Positions 30,972 through 39,116 of a stretch of DNA of 64,000 nt are shown one piece after another (the stretch's first letter is position 1; each line of letters begins with the position of its first letter). Position numbers and translations under genes: made by a program. The DNA comes from an uncultured delta proteobacterium (lineage in GTDB: Bacteria; Myxococcota_A; Polyangia; Fen-1088). Under the pieces are notes generated by a model that did not search any database, was not told where the DNA came from, and worked only from the letters and a program-made list of their open reading frames with translations. The DNA lies in the NCBI GenBank assembly GCA_963767925.1, contig CAVYGB010000013.1, forward strand, positions 132,576-196,575, read 5' to 3'.

Positions 30972-31367
30972 GTGACCGCCGCCGCGACGCTGCTGGCGCG
31001 CCTGCGCGCGGCCGCCGCCGACCTGTTGCAGGTGGCCGTCCTCGCGGTGCCCGTCGACCGGGCCCGCAGGCAAGAGGGCCCGCGCGATCTGATCGCCCGC
31101 CTGCGCCAGCGGGGCCGCCGCTTCTCCCCGCGAGACGCCGCCCGCCGGGCCGCCCTGCAGCGGGCGATCGCCCGGGTCGACCGCCTCTTCCCGGGTGGAC
31201 CCAACTGCTACCGGCGCGTCCTCCTGGAGATCGCCCTCGACGGCGGCGCTGCCCGCGAGCCGATCTCCTTCGGCCTGCGGGCGGGAGGTGGCCCCGGGTC
31301 GGGGCACGCCTTCCTCGGCAGCGAGCCCCCTCCCTCGTCGAGCTACGACGCCGTCTTCGACCTGTAG
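30972..31367 (+). CDS. Lasso peptide leader protease (B2, transglutaminase-like)
   Basis: RAIARVDRLFPGGPNCYRRVL...ISFGLR...GHAFL matches the B2 pattern (C at the CLxx position, FG, HAW-like His). Confidence 0.78.
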   Translation: MTAAATLLARLRAAAADLLQVAVLAVPVDRARRQEGPRDLIARLRQRGRRFSPRDAARRAALQRAIARVDRLFPGGPNCYRRVLLEIALDGGAAREPISFGLRAGGGPGSGHAFLGSEPPPSSSYDAVFDL

Positions 31368-32365
31368 ACCGCCAGCGCCCCGGCCAGCGCGGCCAGCCCG
31401 GCCGGCGCGCGGGCCCGCTCGCTCCGGACCAGCGCCCCCAGCGCCTGGCCGCTGGCGACGAACCGGCGCAGGCTCTCCGCTTCCTGGCGGCCCAGGAAGG
31501 TCGCCAGCAAGATGTCCCGCAGCGCCTCCGCCGCCGGAAGCGGCTCGGTCTCGAAGGCCGGCGCCCCCCGCCTCCCCGCGTCCAGGAAGATCAGCCTGGC
31601 GAGCGGGACCGCCGGCTGCCCGGCCGCCTGCGCCAGCCCCGCGCAGTCGAGCGGCTGATCGGGCTGCAGCGCCAGCGCGCGGGCGGCCTCCGCGCACCAG
31701 GCGTAGATCTCTTTCTCGGCCTCCGGGTGGCCCCAGGCCCGCCCGTCTCCGGCCGAGACCACCAGCAGCTCGTCGGTCCGCTTCGGCGTCTCGGGGGCGT
31801 CGAGCAGGCGGGCCACGGTGGACTTGCCGGCCCCGCTGGCGCCGCAGAAGGCGGTCAGCGCGCCCCCGATCTGACAGCTCGAGGCGTGAAGCACCAGGAG
31901 CCCCTGGGCGGCCAGGATCTTGGGGGCCAGCAGCCGCAGCCCGTGCTCGAGGGCGATCGGCAGCTCCTCGGGGCCGACGAGCAGGCGGAGATGACGGCCG
32001 TCACGGTCGATGCCGAGCAGCGCCCGCCCCCGGACGACCAGCGCGTATCCCCCCTCGGCCGGGCGGTAGGGGAGCTCGTCCGTCCAGACCGGCTCGCGGC
32101 GGGCGCTGGCCAGGGCGTCGCGCACGCCGGCCAGCGCCGCGCGGGCCTGCTCGGGCGACAGGCCCCAGTGCCGGCGGGTGGCCGCCAGGACCTCCTCCCA
32201 CGAGCCGCTCTCGGTGATGAACCGGCAGACCGCGGCCGCGCTGGCGTTGAGCGAGGAGTAGGTGCCGCTGTCGAGATCGAGGGCCAGTCCCCCTCCGGAA
32301 AACAGGGCGAAAACGTGGCGCGTGACAAATTCCTGGATCGGCTCGGAGGCAGCAGAGACGTTCAC
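31343..32365 (-). CDS. RRE(PqqD)-fused HPr kinase-related P-loop kinase
   Basis: N-terminal LALDLDSGTYSSLNASAAAV...EQARAAL (PqqD-like); C-terminal LVLHASS, Walker A GASGAGKST, and TDE at the HPrK DD position. GTG start coupled to the RRE stop. Confidence 0.8.
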   Translation of the reverse strand: MNVSAASEPIQEFVTRHVFALFSGGGLALDLDSGTYSSLNASAAAVCRFITESGSWEEVLAATRRHWGLSPEQARAALAGVRDALASARREPVWTDELPYRPAEGGYALVVRGRALLGIDRDGRHLRLLVGPEELPIALEHGLRLLAPKILAAQGLLVLHASSCQIGGALTAFCGASGAGKSTVARLLDAPETPKRTDELLVVSAGDGRAWGHPEAEKEIYAWCAEAARALALQPDQPLDCAGLAQAAGQPAVPLARLIFLDAGRRGAPAFETEPLPAAEALRDILLATFLGRQEAESLRRFVASGQALGALVRSERARAPAGLAALAGALAVYRSKTAS

Positions 32366-32655
32366 CGCAGCCTCTCGGCCAGACCGCTGGTCTCGAGCTC
32401 GACGCCGAAGCGGCCCACGTCGGACCGGAGCCGGTCGGGCGGGACGTCGAGGCTGACCTGCAACTCGGCGCACACCTCCTCGAGCGTGCGCAGGCCATCG
32501 AGCCGGCTCCAGACCTCGGCGCCGACCTGGTTGAGCTCGAAGCAGCCGCCGGTGCGGCCGTCGAGCAGCAGCGCCTTCTCGGGCAGCCGGCGGCACTCGA
32601 CCCCGTCACGCCGTCGCAGCCGGAGGGCCAGGATCGAATCCGACGAATCCGACAT
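32362..32655 (-). CDS. PqqD-family RiPP recognition element (lasso B1)
   Basis: 97 aa at the end of a shadow ORF: ALLLDGRTGGCFELNQVGAEVWSRLDG.RTL.EV...L....DV....L..DV..F...L...GL. Confidence 0.88.
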   Translation of the reverse strand: MSDSSDSILALRLRRRDGVECRRLPEKALLLDGRTGGCFELNQVGAEVWSRLDGLRTLEEVCAELQVSLDVPPDRLRSDVGRFGVELETSGLAERLR

Positions 32656-32690
32656 TGCCTGCGGCCATCGTACCATCGGGGGCGAGCGGG

Positions 32691-32705
32691 GTGCACTGGT
32701 TGCAC
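32691..32705. promoter_or_regulatory. Candidate palindromic operator in divergent promoter region
   Basis: GTGCA-N5-TGCAC between a minus-strand TGGTACGAT -10 (hexamer at 32667-32672) and a plus-strand TTGACG (32706-32711). Confidence 0.3.
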
Positions 32706-32784
32706 TTGACGACCGTCGGGGATTCTGTCGTCCTGATACCGACATCCTGTGCCGTTCAGCGCACTTATGACGAAAGGAAAGCCT

Positions 32785-35700
32785 ATGCGCAGCCCTCGGA
32801 GGGACCCTGGTGACCGGAGGCCTGGTCTCGTGTCGGCGCGGATCGCGCCGGCGTCCCTCGTCCTGCTGGCGCTGGTCGGCTGTGGCGCTGGCAGCGCCCC
32901 CCCGGCGCCGCCGCCCGCCGCCGCCGAGGGCGCCGCGCGCCCGCCCGCCACCCGGCCGGGGTGGCTGGCGGAGGTGCGCGAGGCGGTCGCCGCCGGCGAA
33001 TACCGGATCCGAGGGCAGGGGACCACCTTCGAGGCCGTCAACCGCTTGCAGGGCCTGCGCGCCCGCTGGTCGCGGGGCGAGCTGGGGGTGGCGGCGCGGA
33101 CCGGCCATGGTGCGGATCGCGCCGAGACCATCAAGCTGCGCACCGTCGGTCTGGTCGGCCGAGGTGGGGCCAGGGCCGCCGCCGGCCCGCACCACCTGGG
33201 CGACTGTGGCGGGCTCGCCGTCAAGGACGAGAACGGCCAGTGCCTCCGGCGCCTCGAGCGCGCGGGGAACGGCCTCGTCGAGCGCTGGGAGAACCGGCCC
33301 GACGGCCTCGCCCACAGCTTCCTGGTCTCGCCGCCTCCCGCTGGCGCCCGACCCGGGGCCGACGGCTGGCTGGCGATCGAGGTCGCGGTCACCGGCGCGC
33401 GGGTCGAGCTCGCCGCCGGCAGCACCAGCGCCGAGCTGATCGGCAAAGGTGGCCAGCGCCTGCGCTACGCCGGCCTCGCCGCCTGGGACGCCGACGAGAA
33501 GCGCCTGCCGGTGCGCATGCGCCGCGCGGCCGGAGGGATCCGGCTGGAGGTCGACGATCGGGGGGCTCGCTATCCGCTGCTCGTCGATCCGGTGCTGACC
33601 GCGGGGGCCTGGACCTCGGAGGGCAACCAGGCCGACGCCGGCGTGACGATGGTGGTGGCCGGCGCGGGCGACGTGAACAACGACGGGTTCGACGACGTGC
33701 TCGTCTCGTTCCCCCGCTACGACGGCGGCGGCACCGACGCCGGCGTCGTGTACCTCTATTTCGGATCGGGGACCGGACCCGACACAACCGCCGACTGGAC
33801 CTCGCAGGGGACCAGCGCGGCCGGGGCGGCGGCGGCCAGCGCCGATTCGCGCTTCGGCAACTCGATCGCCGGGGCCGGCGACGTGAACAACGACGGCTTC
33901 GCGGACGTGATCATCGGCCAGCCCCGCTTCAGCAACGGCCAGACCTTCGAGGGCCGGGCCTACCTCTTCCCGGGCTCGGCGGCCGGCCTGCCGGCCGTCC
34001 CCGCCTGGACGGTGGAGAGCGATCAGGCCAACGCCTTCCTGGGGCTGACGGTGGCCGGCCTCGGCGACATCAACGGGCCAGCGGGCGGGGCCAGCTTCGA
34101 CGACGTGGCGGTGACCGCCGGGTCGTTCGACAGCAACGGGCTCACCGACAACGGCCGGGTGCTGGTCTACCTCGGCGCGGCCGGCGGCCTGGCGGCCGCC
34201 CCCTCCGACACCATCGACGGCGCCTTCTCGGCCTTCGGCCTCGGCACCCTGGCCGCCTCCGCCGGGGACGTCAACGGCGACGGCCGCAGCGACGTCATCC
34301 TGGCCTCGCCCTACTACAGCAACGGCGAGATGGACGAGGGCATCGCCTACGTCCACCTCGGTCGCGCCGACGGCACGCTCGAGCGGACCGGGGCCTTCAC
34401 CTTCGAGACCAACGAGGCGGGCGCCCCCATCACCTCGGTCGCCGGCGTGGGTGACGTCAACGGGGACGGCTACGCCGACGTGGCCCTGGGCGTCCCGGGC
34501 AAGAACAACGGTGTCTCGGACGAGGGCGCCGTCCTGTTCTTCGCCGGCTCGGCCAGCGGGCTGGTGGCGGTCCCCACGATCCTCGGATCCAGCGACGGCG
34601 GCTCGAGCTTCGGCGTCACGGTGGCGGGACCGGGCGACGTCAACGGCGACGGCTACGCCGACATCGCCGTCGGGGCCTATCGCCGGGATACGCCCGGGCT
34701 GGCCAACGTCGGCAGCGTGACCCTGATCGCCGGCTCGCGCGGCGGGCCGGCCATCACCGCCGCTACGCTTGCTGACACAATCCTGTACGGCATCGCCGCC
34801 GAAGACAACCTGGGCAACGCCCTGGCGGGTGCCGGCGACGTCAACGGGGACGGCTACGCCGACGTGATCGCCGGGTCCACCGGGGCCGACAACGGCCAGG
34901 CCAACGAGGGGCGGGCCTCGATCTACTTCGGCTCGGCCAATACCAGCGGGCTGCGCGCGCTCAGCGATCTCGGGATCGAGAGCAACACCGCGGGCGCCGG
35001 GCTGGGGACGGCGCTGTCGGCAGCGGGCGATCTGAACGGCGACGGCTTCGGCGACTTCGTCGTGGCGGCGCCCAGCTTCGGCGGGGCCAACAACGGCACG
35101 GTGTTCGTCCACCTCGGCGCGGTGGGCGGGCCGGATGGCACGGCCGACGGCACCTTGACCGGGCCAGCGGGGGCCGGCTTCGGCGAGGCGGTGGCCGCGG
35201 CCGGGGACGTCAACGGCGACGGCTTCGCCGATCTCCTGGTCGGCGCCCCCAACTTCGGGGACGGGCAGGTCGACGAGGGGCGGATCTATCTCTATCCGGG
35301 GGCCAGCGGCGGCATCACCGCGGCCACTGTCCCGGTCACCTTCGACAGCAACGTCGCCGGGGCCCTGCTGGGCTCGGCGGTGGGCGCGGCCGACGTCAAC
35401 GGCGACGGCCTGTCCGACGTGGCGGCCGGGGCTCCCGGGCTGGCCAACGGACAGGTCGGCGAGGGGCGGGTCTACGTTCTGCGCGGCAGCCTGGCCGGCC
35501 TGACGACCGCCAGCCCGATCACGGTGGAGAGCGACCTCGCCCTCTCGCGCTTCGGCGCCGCGCTGGCCGGAGTCGGGGACGTGAACGCCGACGGCTACGC
35601 CGACCTCGCGGTCGGGGCGCCGGGCTACAGCAACGGGGAGATCGGGGAGGGTCGCCTCTACATCTATCCCGGCAGCGCCGCCGGCCTCGGCGCGCCCATC

Positions 35701-37785
35701 ACCCGGGAGGTCGACGTGGCGGGCGCCGCGCTCGGCACCTCGGTGGCCGGCGCGGGCGACGCCGACGAGAACGGCTACGCCGACGTGATCGCGGGCGCCC
35801 CCGGATCGAACAGCGGGGCCGGGGTTGTCTACGTCTACGAGGCGACCGCCGCGGGGGTCACCGACACCCCCTTCTCCTACGCCTCGGCGGTGGCCGGCGC
35901 CAGCCTGGGCGCCGCGGTGGCGGGGGCGGGTGACCTCGACAACGACGGCGTGGGCGACGTTGTCGTGGGCGCGCCCGGCTACGCCAACGGCCAGGCCGGC
36001 GAGGGGGCCCTCTACGTCTTCCTCTCGGGCGGCACGGTGCTGCCCGGCATGCCTTCGGCGATCATCGAGGGTGGGACGGCGGACCTCCGCCTGGGCAGCG
36101 CGGTGGCCGGCGCCGGCGACCTCAACGGCGACGGCGTGAGCGACGTCGTGGTGGGCGCGCCGGGCTACGCCAGCGGGCAGGCCGGCGAGGGCCGGGCCCT
36201 CGTGCACCTGGGGAACACGAACGGCCGGCCCTATCGGCTGCGCGCCCTGCGGCCGGGGACCAGCACCCCGGTGCAGGCGGGCAACGTCGTGCCGAGCTCG
36301 ATGGCCGCCTTCGACATCGCGATCTTCGCCACCGGCCCGCTCGGGATCACCAACGTGCGGCTCGAGACCGAGGTCAAGCCGGTGGGCGTGCCCTTCGACG
36401 GCAACGGCACCGTGCTCGACCCCGGCTTCACCAGCACCGGGCTCGCTGGCGTGACCCTCACCCGCAGCGTCACCGGCCTGGCCGGGCGCACCCGTTACCA
36501 CTTCCGGGCGCGCCTCCATTACGACCCGGCCCAGCGCACGCTGCTCGGCCTGACCACCCCCTGGATCAACGGGGGCGCGCTGGGCGACGCCGGCGGCGTC
36601 CACCTGCGCACCGACGGGGTGGGCCTGGGGACCGCCTGCACCATGGCCAGCGACTGCGGCTCGGGCTTCTGCGTGGACGGGGTCTGCTGTGACACCGACT
36701 GTGGCGGCGGCGCGACCGGCGACTGCCGGGCCTGCACCATGGCGGCCGGTGGCACCCTGGCCAGCGGCATCTGCAGCGACCGGGCGGTCGCCGCCACCTG
36801 CAGCGACGGCAACGGCTGCACGGCCGCCGACACCTGTCAGGCGGGCGGCGTCTGCCAGCCCGGGACTGCGGTCACCTGCACGGCGATGTCCCAGTGCCAC
36901 GACCTGGGGGTGTGCAACCCCGCGACCGGCATGTGCACCAACCCGACCAAGGCCGACGGCACCACCTGCAACGACAACAGCATGTGCACGACCGGCGAGA
37001 CCTGCCAGGCGGGGGCCTGCGCCAGCGGCACCGCCACCGTCTGCCCGCCGATGTCGACCTGCCACGACCCGGGCGTCTGCAACCCGGGCACCGGCACCTG
37101 CTCCACCCCGGTCAAGGCGGACGGGTCGTCATGCAGCGACGGCAACCTGTGCACGCAGACCGACACCTGCACGGCGGGCGTGTGCAACGGCGCCAACCCC
37201 GTGACCTGCGCCGCTCCCAACGCCTGCCAGGATCCCGGCACCTGCGTGGCCGCCACCGGCCTCTGCAGCTACCCGCCCAAGCCCGACGGCACCGCCTGCA
37301 GCGACGGAAACCTGTGCACGGGCACGGACGTTTGCACGGCCGGGTCCTGCGTGGGCCCCGCCGTGGACTGCAATGACGGCAACGTGTGCACCACCGACAC
37401 CTGCGTCCTCGCCACCGGCTGCGTGCGCACGCCGGTGGTCGGCTGCGTGCCGACCGACGGCGGCGCTGACGCCTCGGGCGACGGGCCCCGCGACGGCGCG
37501 GGGGATGGGGCCGGCGACGCCTCGGGCGACGGGGCCCGCGACGGCGCCTCCGGTGACGCCCGCCCGGCCGATGGCGCGACCGGCGACGCCCGCGACGCCG
37601 CCCGGGACACCACCTCCGCCGATCGCCCCGCCGACACGCGAGCCAGCGACGGCGGCGCGTCCATCCGGCGGGTCGGGGGCGGCGGCGGCTGCGACTGCGA
37701 CGTCGGGCGCGGCCAGGGCACCCTGCAGGCACCCCTGCTGCTGCTCGGCCTCGGGCTGATCTGGTACCGGCGGCGCCGCCGCTAG
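32785..37785 (+). CDS. Large surface protein: FG-GAP (integrin alpha-like) repeats, Cys-rich repeats, MYXO-CTERM-like sorting signal
   Basis: AAAGGA RBS; lipobox-like LVG-C; more than ten AGDVNGDGYAD(V/L)xVGAP repeats; C.DGN.CT..D.C repeats; Asp/Gly/Ala linker; tail GGGGCDCDVG...LLLLGLGLIWYRRRR. Confidence 0.88.
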   Translation: MRSPRRDPGDRRPGLVSARIAPASLVLLALVGCGAGSAPPAPPPAAAEGAARPPATRPGWLAEVREAVAAGEYRIRGQGTTFEAVNRLQGLRARWSRGELGVAARTGHGADRAETIKLRTVGLVGRGGARAAAGPHHLGDCGGLAVKDENGQCLRRLERAGNGLVERWENRPDGLAHSFLVSPPPAGARPGADGWLAIEVAVTGARVELAAGSTSAELIGKGGQRLRYAGLAAWDADEKRLPVRMRRAAGGIRLEVDDRGARYPLLVDPVLTAGAWTSEGNQADAGVTMVVAGAGDVNNDGFDDVLVSFPRYDGGGTDAGVVYLYFGSGTGPDTTADWTSQGTSAAGAAAASADSRFGNSIAGAGDVNNDGFADVIIGQPRFSNGQTFEGRAYLFPGSAAGLPAVPAWTVESDQANAFLGLTVAGLGDINGPAGGASFDDVAVTAGSFDSNGLTDNGRVLVYLGAAGGLAAAPSDTIDGAFSAFGLGTLAASAGDVNGDGRSDVILASPYYSNGEMDEGIAYVHLGRADGTLERTGAFTFETNEAGAPITSVAGVGDVNGDGYADVALGVPGKNNGVSDEGAVLFFAGSASGLVAVPTILGSSDGGSSFGVTVAGPGDVNGDGYADIAVGAYRRDTPGLANVGSVTLIAGSRGGPAITAATLADTILYGIAAEDNLGNALAGAGDVNGDGYADVIAGSTGADNGQANEGRASIYFGSANTSGLRALSDLGIESNTAGAGLGTALSAAGDLNGDGFGDFVVAAPSFGGANNGTVFVHLGAVGGPDGTADGTLTGPAGAGFGEAVAAAGDVNGDGFADLLVGAPNFGDGQVDEGRIYLYPGASGGITAATVPVTFDSNVAGALLGSAVGAADVNGDGLSDVAAGAPGLANGQVGEGRVYVLRGSLAGLTTASPITVESDLALSRFGAALAGVGDVNADGYADLAVGAPGYSNGEIGEGRLYIYPGSAAGLGAPITREVDVAGAALGTSVAGAGDADENGYADVIAGAPGSNSGAGVVYVYEATAAGVTDTPFSYASAVAGASLGAAVAGAGDLDNDGVGDVVVGAPGYANGQAGEGALYVFLSGGTVLPGMPSAIIEGGTADLRLGSAVAGAGDLNGDGVSDVVVGAPGYASGQAGEGRALVHLGNTNGRPYRLRALRPGTSTPVQAGNVVPSSMAAFDIAIFATGPLGITNVRLETEVKPVGVPFDGNGTVLDPGFTSTGLAGVTLTRSVTGLAGRTRYHFRARLHYDPAQRTLLGLTTPWINGGALGDAGGVHLRTDGVGLGTACTMASDCGSGFCVDGVCCDTDCGGGATGDCRACTMAAGGTLASGICSDRAVAATCSDGNGCTAADTCQAGGVCQPGTAVTCTAMSQCHDLGVCNPATGMCTNPTKADGTTCNDNSMCTTGETCQAGACASGTATVCPPMSTCHDPGVCNPGTGTCSTPVKADGSSCSDGNLCTQTDTCTAGVCNGANPVTCAAPNACQDPGTCVAATGLCSYPPKPDGTACSDGNLCTGTDVCTAGSCVGPAVDCNDGNVCTTDTCVLATGCVRTPVVGCVPTDGGADASGDGPRDGAGDGAGDASGDGARDGASGDARPADGATGDARDAARDTTSADRPADTRASDGGASIRRVGGGGGCDCDVGRGQGTLQAPLLLLGLGLIWYRRRRR

Positions 37786-37786
37786 C

Positions 37787-37941
37787 CCCCTGGAAAGGTG
37801 ATTTCTTGCATATCTCGCCGGTCCTCTTCGTCCCTGGCGGCGTTGCTCGCCGGTCGAATACGCCAGGTATTCGCCCTTCTCGCGCCTTGCCAGGAACGAA
37901 GATGCCTCGCCGACATACGCAAGACTTCACCGTTCCAGGGG
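37787..37941. repeat. ~155-bp imperfect palindrome (MITE-like element)
   Basis: Arms CCCCTGGAAAGGTGA.TTCTTGC...CGAATAC / GTATTCG...GCAAGA.TTCACCGTTCCAGGGG pair along the whole length. Starts just after a CTAG that contains the stop codon. Confidence 0.75.
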
Positions 37942-37963
37942 ATTGAGCAGACCGAACGGTCTT

Positions 37964-38149
37964 CCCGGAGCCCCCTCACCCCTCCCTGTCCCCGCTTGCG
38001 CGGGGCGAGGGCGAACGGGTTAGGGGAGGCCGAGATCCCGGAGGAACGCGGCCGGGATCGTTTGCCCGGGAGATGAGGGTGGCAGTCTCCGCGAGCTGTT
38101 CGCCCTCGCCCCGCGGCAGCGGGGAGGGGGGGGGTGAGGGGGCTCCGGG
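37964..38149. repeat. Inverted pair of ~52-bp REP-like units
   Basis: 37964-38016 (CCCGGAGCCCCCTCACCCC...GGGGCGAGGGCGAAC) is nearly the reverse complement of 38098-38149. Same motif family as 11705-11822. Confidence 0.8.
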
Positions 38150-38150
38150 G

Positions 38151-39017
38151 TCAGCGGGGACGCCGGGTCAGGCGTTCCCGCAGCCAGGGCAAGCCGTAGG
38201 TCGCCGCCACCCGGGGCAGGGCGCTGGGTCGGTCGGAGAGCAGGGGCTTGAGGACCAGGTGGCGCAGGTAGCGGGACACGCCCGCCCGCAGGTGGAGCTG
38301 GGGACGGGTGGCCACCCAGCGCTCCACCAGATGCCGCCGCAGCCGCAGCGGCCGGTGCCGCTCGAGCGCGAGCGGTGGGATGGCGCTGCCGCCGGCCCGC
38401 AGGGTATCGGCCAGCAGGACCAGGGGCAGGCTCAGCGCCGCGCGCCGGGCGCGCGCCTCGCACAGGTCCCAGTCGATCGGCTGCCGGGCCAGCAAGTGGC
38501 GGCAGTCGGCGGTGTGCCGGTCGTCGAGCGCGTAACAGTGGTTGGCGTGGTGGGCGGCGGCGTAGAGGATCTGGTCCTCCGCGCACAGCGAGAGGATCGG
38601 CCCATCGACGCTGTCCCAGGCCACCGCCCGGGCCAGCAGCTCGCGGGGGGCCAGCTCGAACCAGACCGGCTCGGTGAGGCCGCGGTGTAGATCGACCGTG
38701 AGGGCCCCCGCCGGCGGCTGGAAGGTCCACTCCTTGTGTCCGAAGTAGCGGTCGTAGGCCGTGGCGCCGTTGAAGTCGTAGCGCTGGAACCCGCGCGCCG
38801 TCAGCTCCGTCGCGAAGGCGGCGAAGGCCTCCGGCTGCACGAGGATGTCGACGTCGCAGCCGGTGCGCGCGCCCCGGCCGCCGTACAGCACCGGGTCGGC
38901 CCAGGCGGCCTTGAGGTAGACCACCTTGCTGCCGACCTTGCGCCCGATCTCGTCCAGCGCGCCCCGCTGGGCCTTGATGAGCAGGCTCTGGACCAGGCCG
39001 GCGTTGCTTGCCTTCAC
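38151..39017 (-). CDS. Nucleotidyltransferase family protein (NTP_transf_5-like)
   Basis: YLKA......LY.....R...DVDILV, VDLH..L, and LC.ED.ILY.A.H...H; family known to accompany kinase-bearing lasso clusters. Confidence 0.82.
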   Translation of the reverse strand: MKASNAGLVQSLLIKAQRGALDEIGRKVGSKVVYLKAAWADPVLYGGRGARTGCDVDILVQPEAFAAFATELTARGFQRYDFNGATAYDRYFGHKEWTFQPPAGALTVDLHRGLTEPVWFELAPRELLARAVAWDSVDGPILSLCAEDQILYAAAHHANHCYALDDRHTADCRHLLARQPIDWDLCEARARRAALSLPLVLLADTLRAGGSAIPPLALERHRPLRLRRHLVERWVATRPQLHLRAGVSRYLRHLVLKPLLSDRPSALPRVAATYGLPWLRERLTRRPR

Positions 39018-39030
39018 CTGGCCGTCACCT

Positions 39031-39080
39031 GCTCATCGGCTCATCGGCTCATCGGCTCATCGGCTCATCGGCTCATCGGC
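39031..39080. repeat. Perfect tandem repeat (GCTCATCG) x 6
   Basis: Six exact 8-mers lying 13 nt upstream of the nucleotidyltransferase GTG start. Confidence 0.92.
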
Positions 39081-39116
39081 GCACGGCTGTCGCCGTGGGC
39101 GCTGATCAGCCCCTGG

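Noticed and set aside
33600-36200. Near-repeated DNA segments as a diversity-generating or recombination cassette
   Set aside because: They are ordinary FG-GAP coding repeats; no reverse transcriptase, recombinase or template/variable repeat pair is present.
32656-37065. Bulk of the 1,567-aa minus-strand ORF 32362-37065
   Set aside because: Shadow of the FG-GAP gene; only its last 97 codons (ATG 32655) encode a real PqqD/RRE protein.
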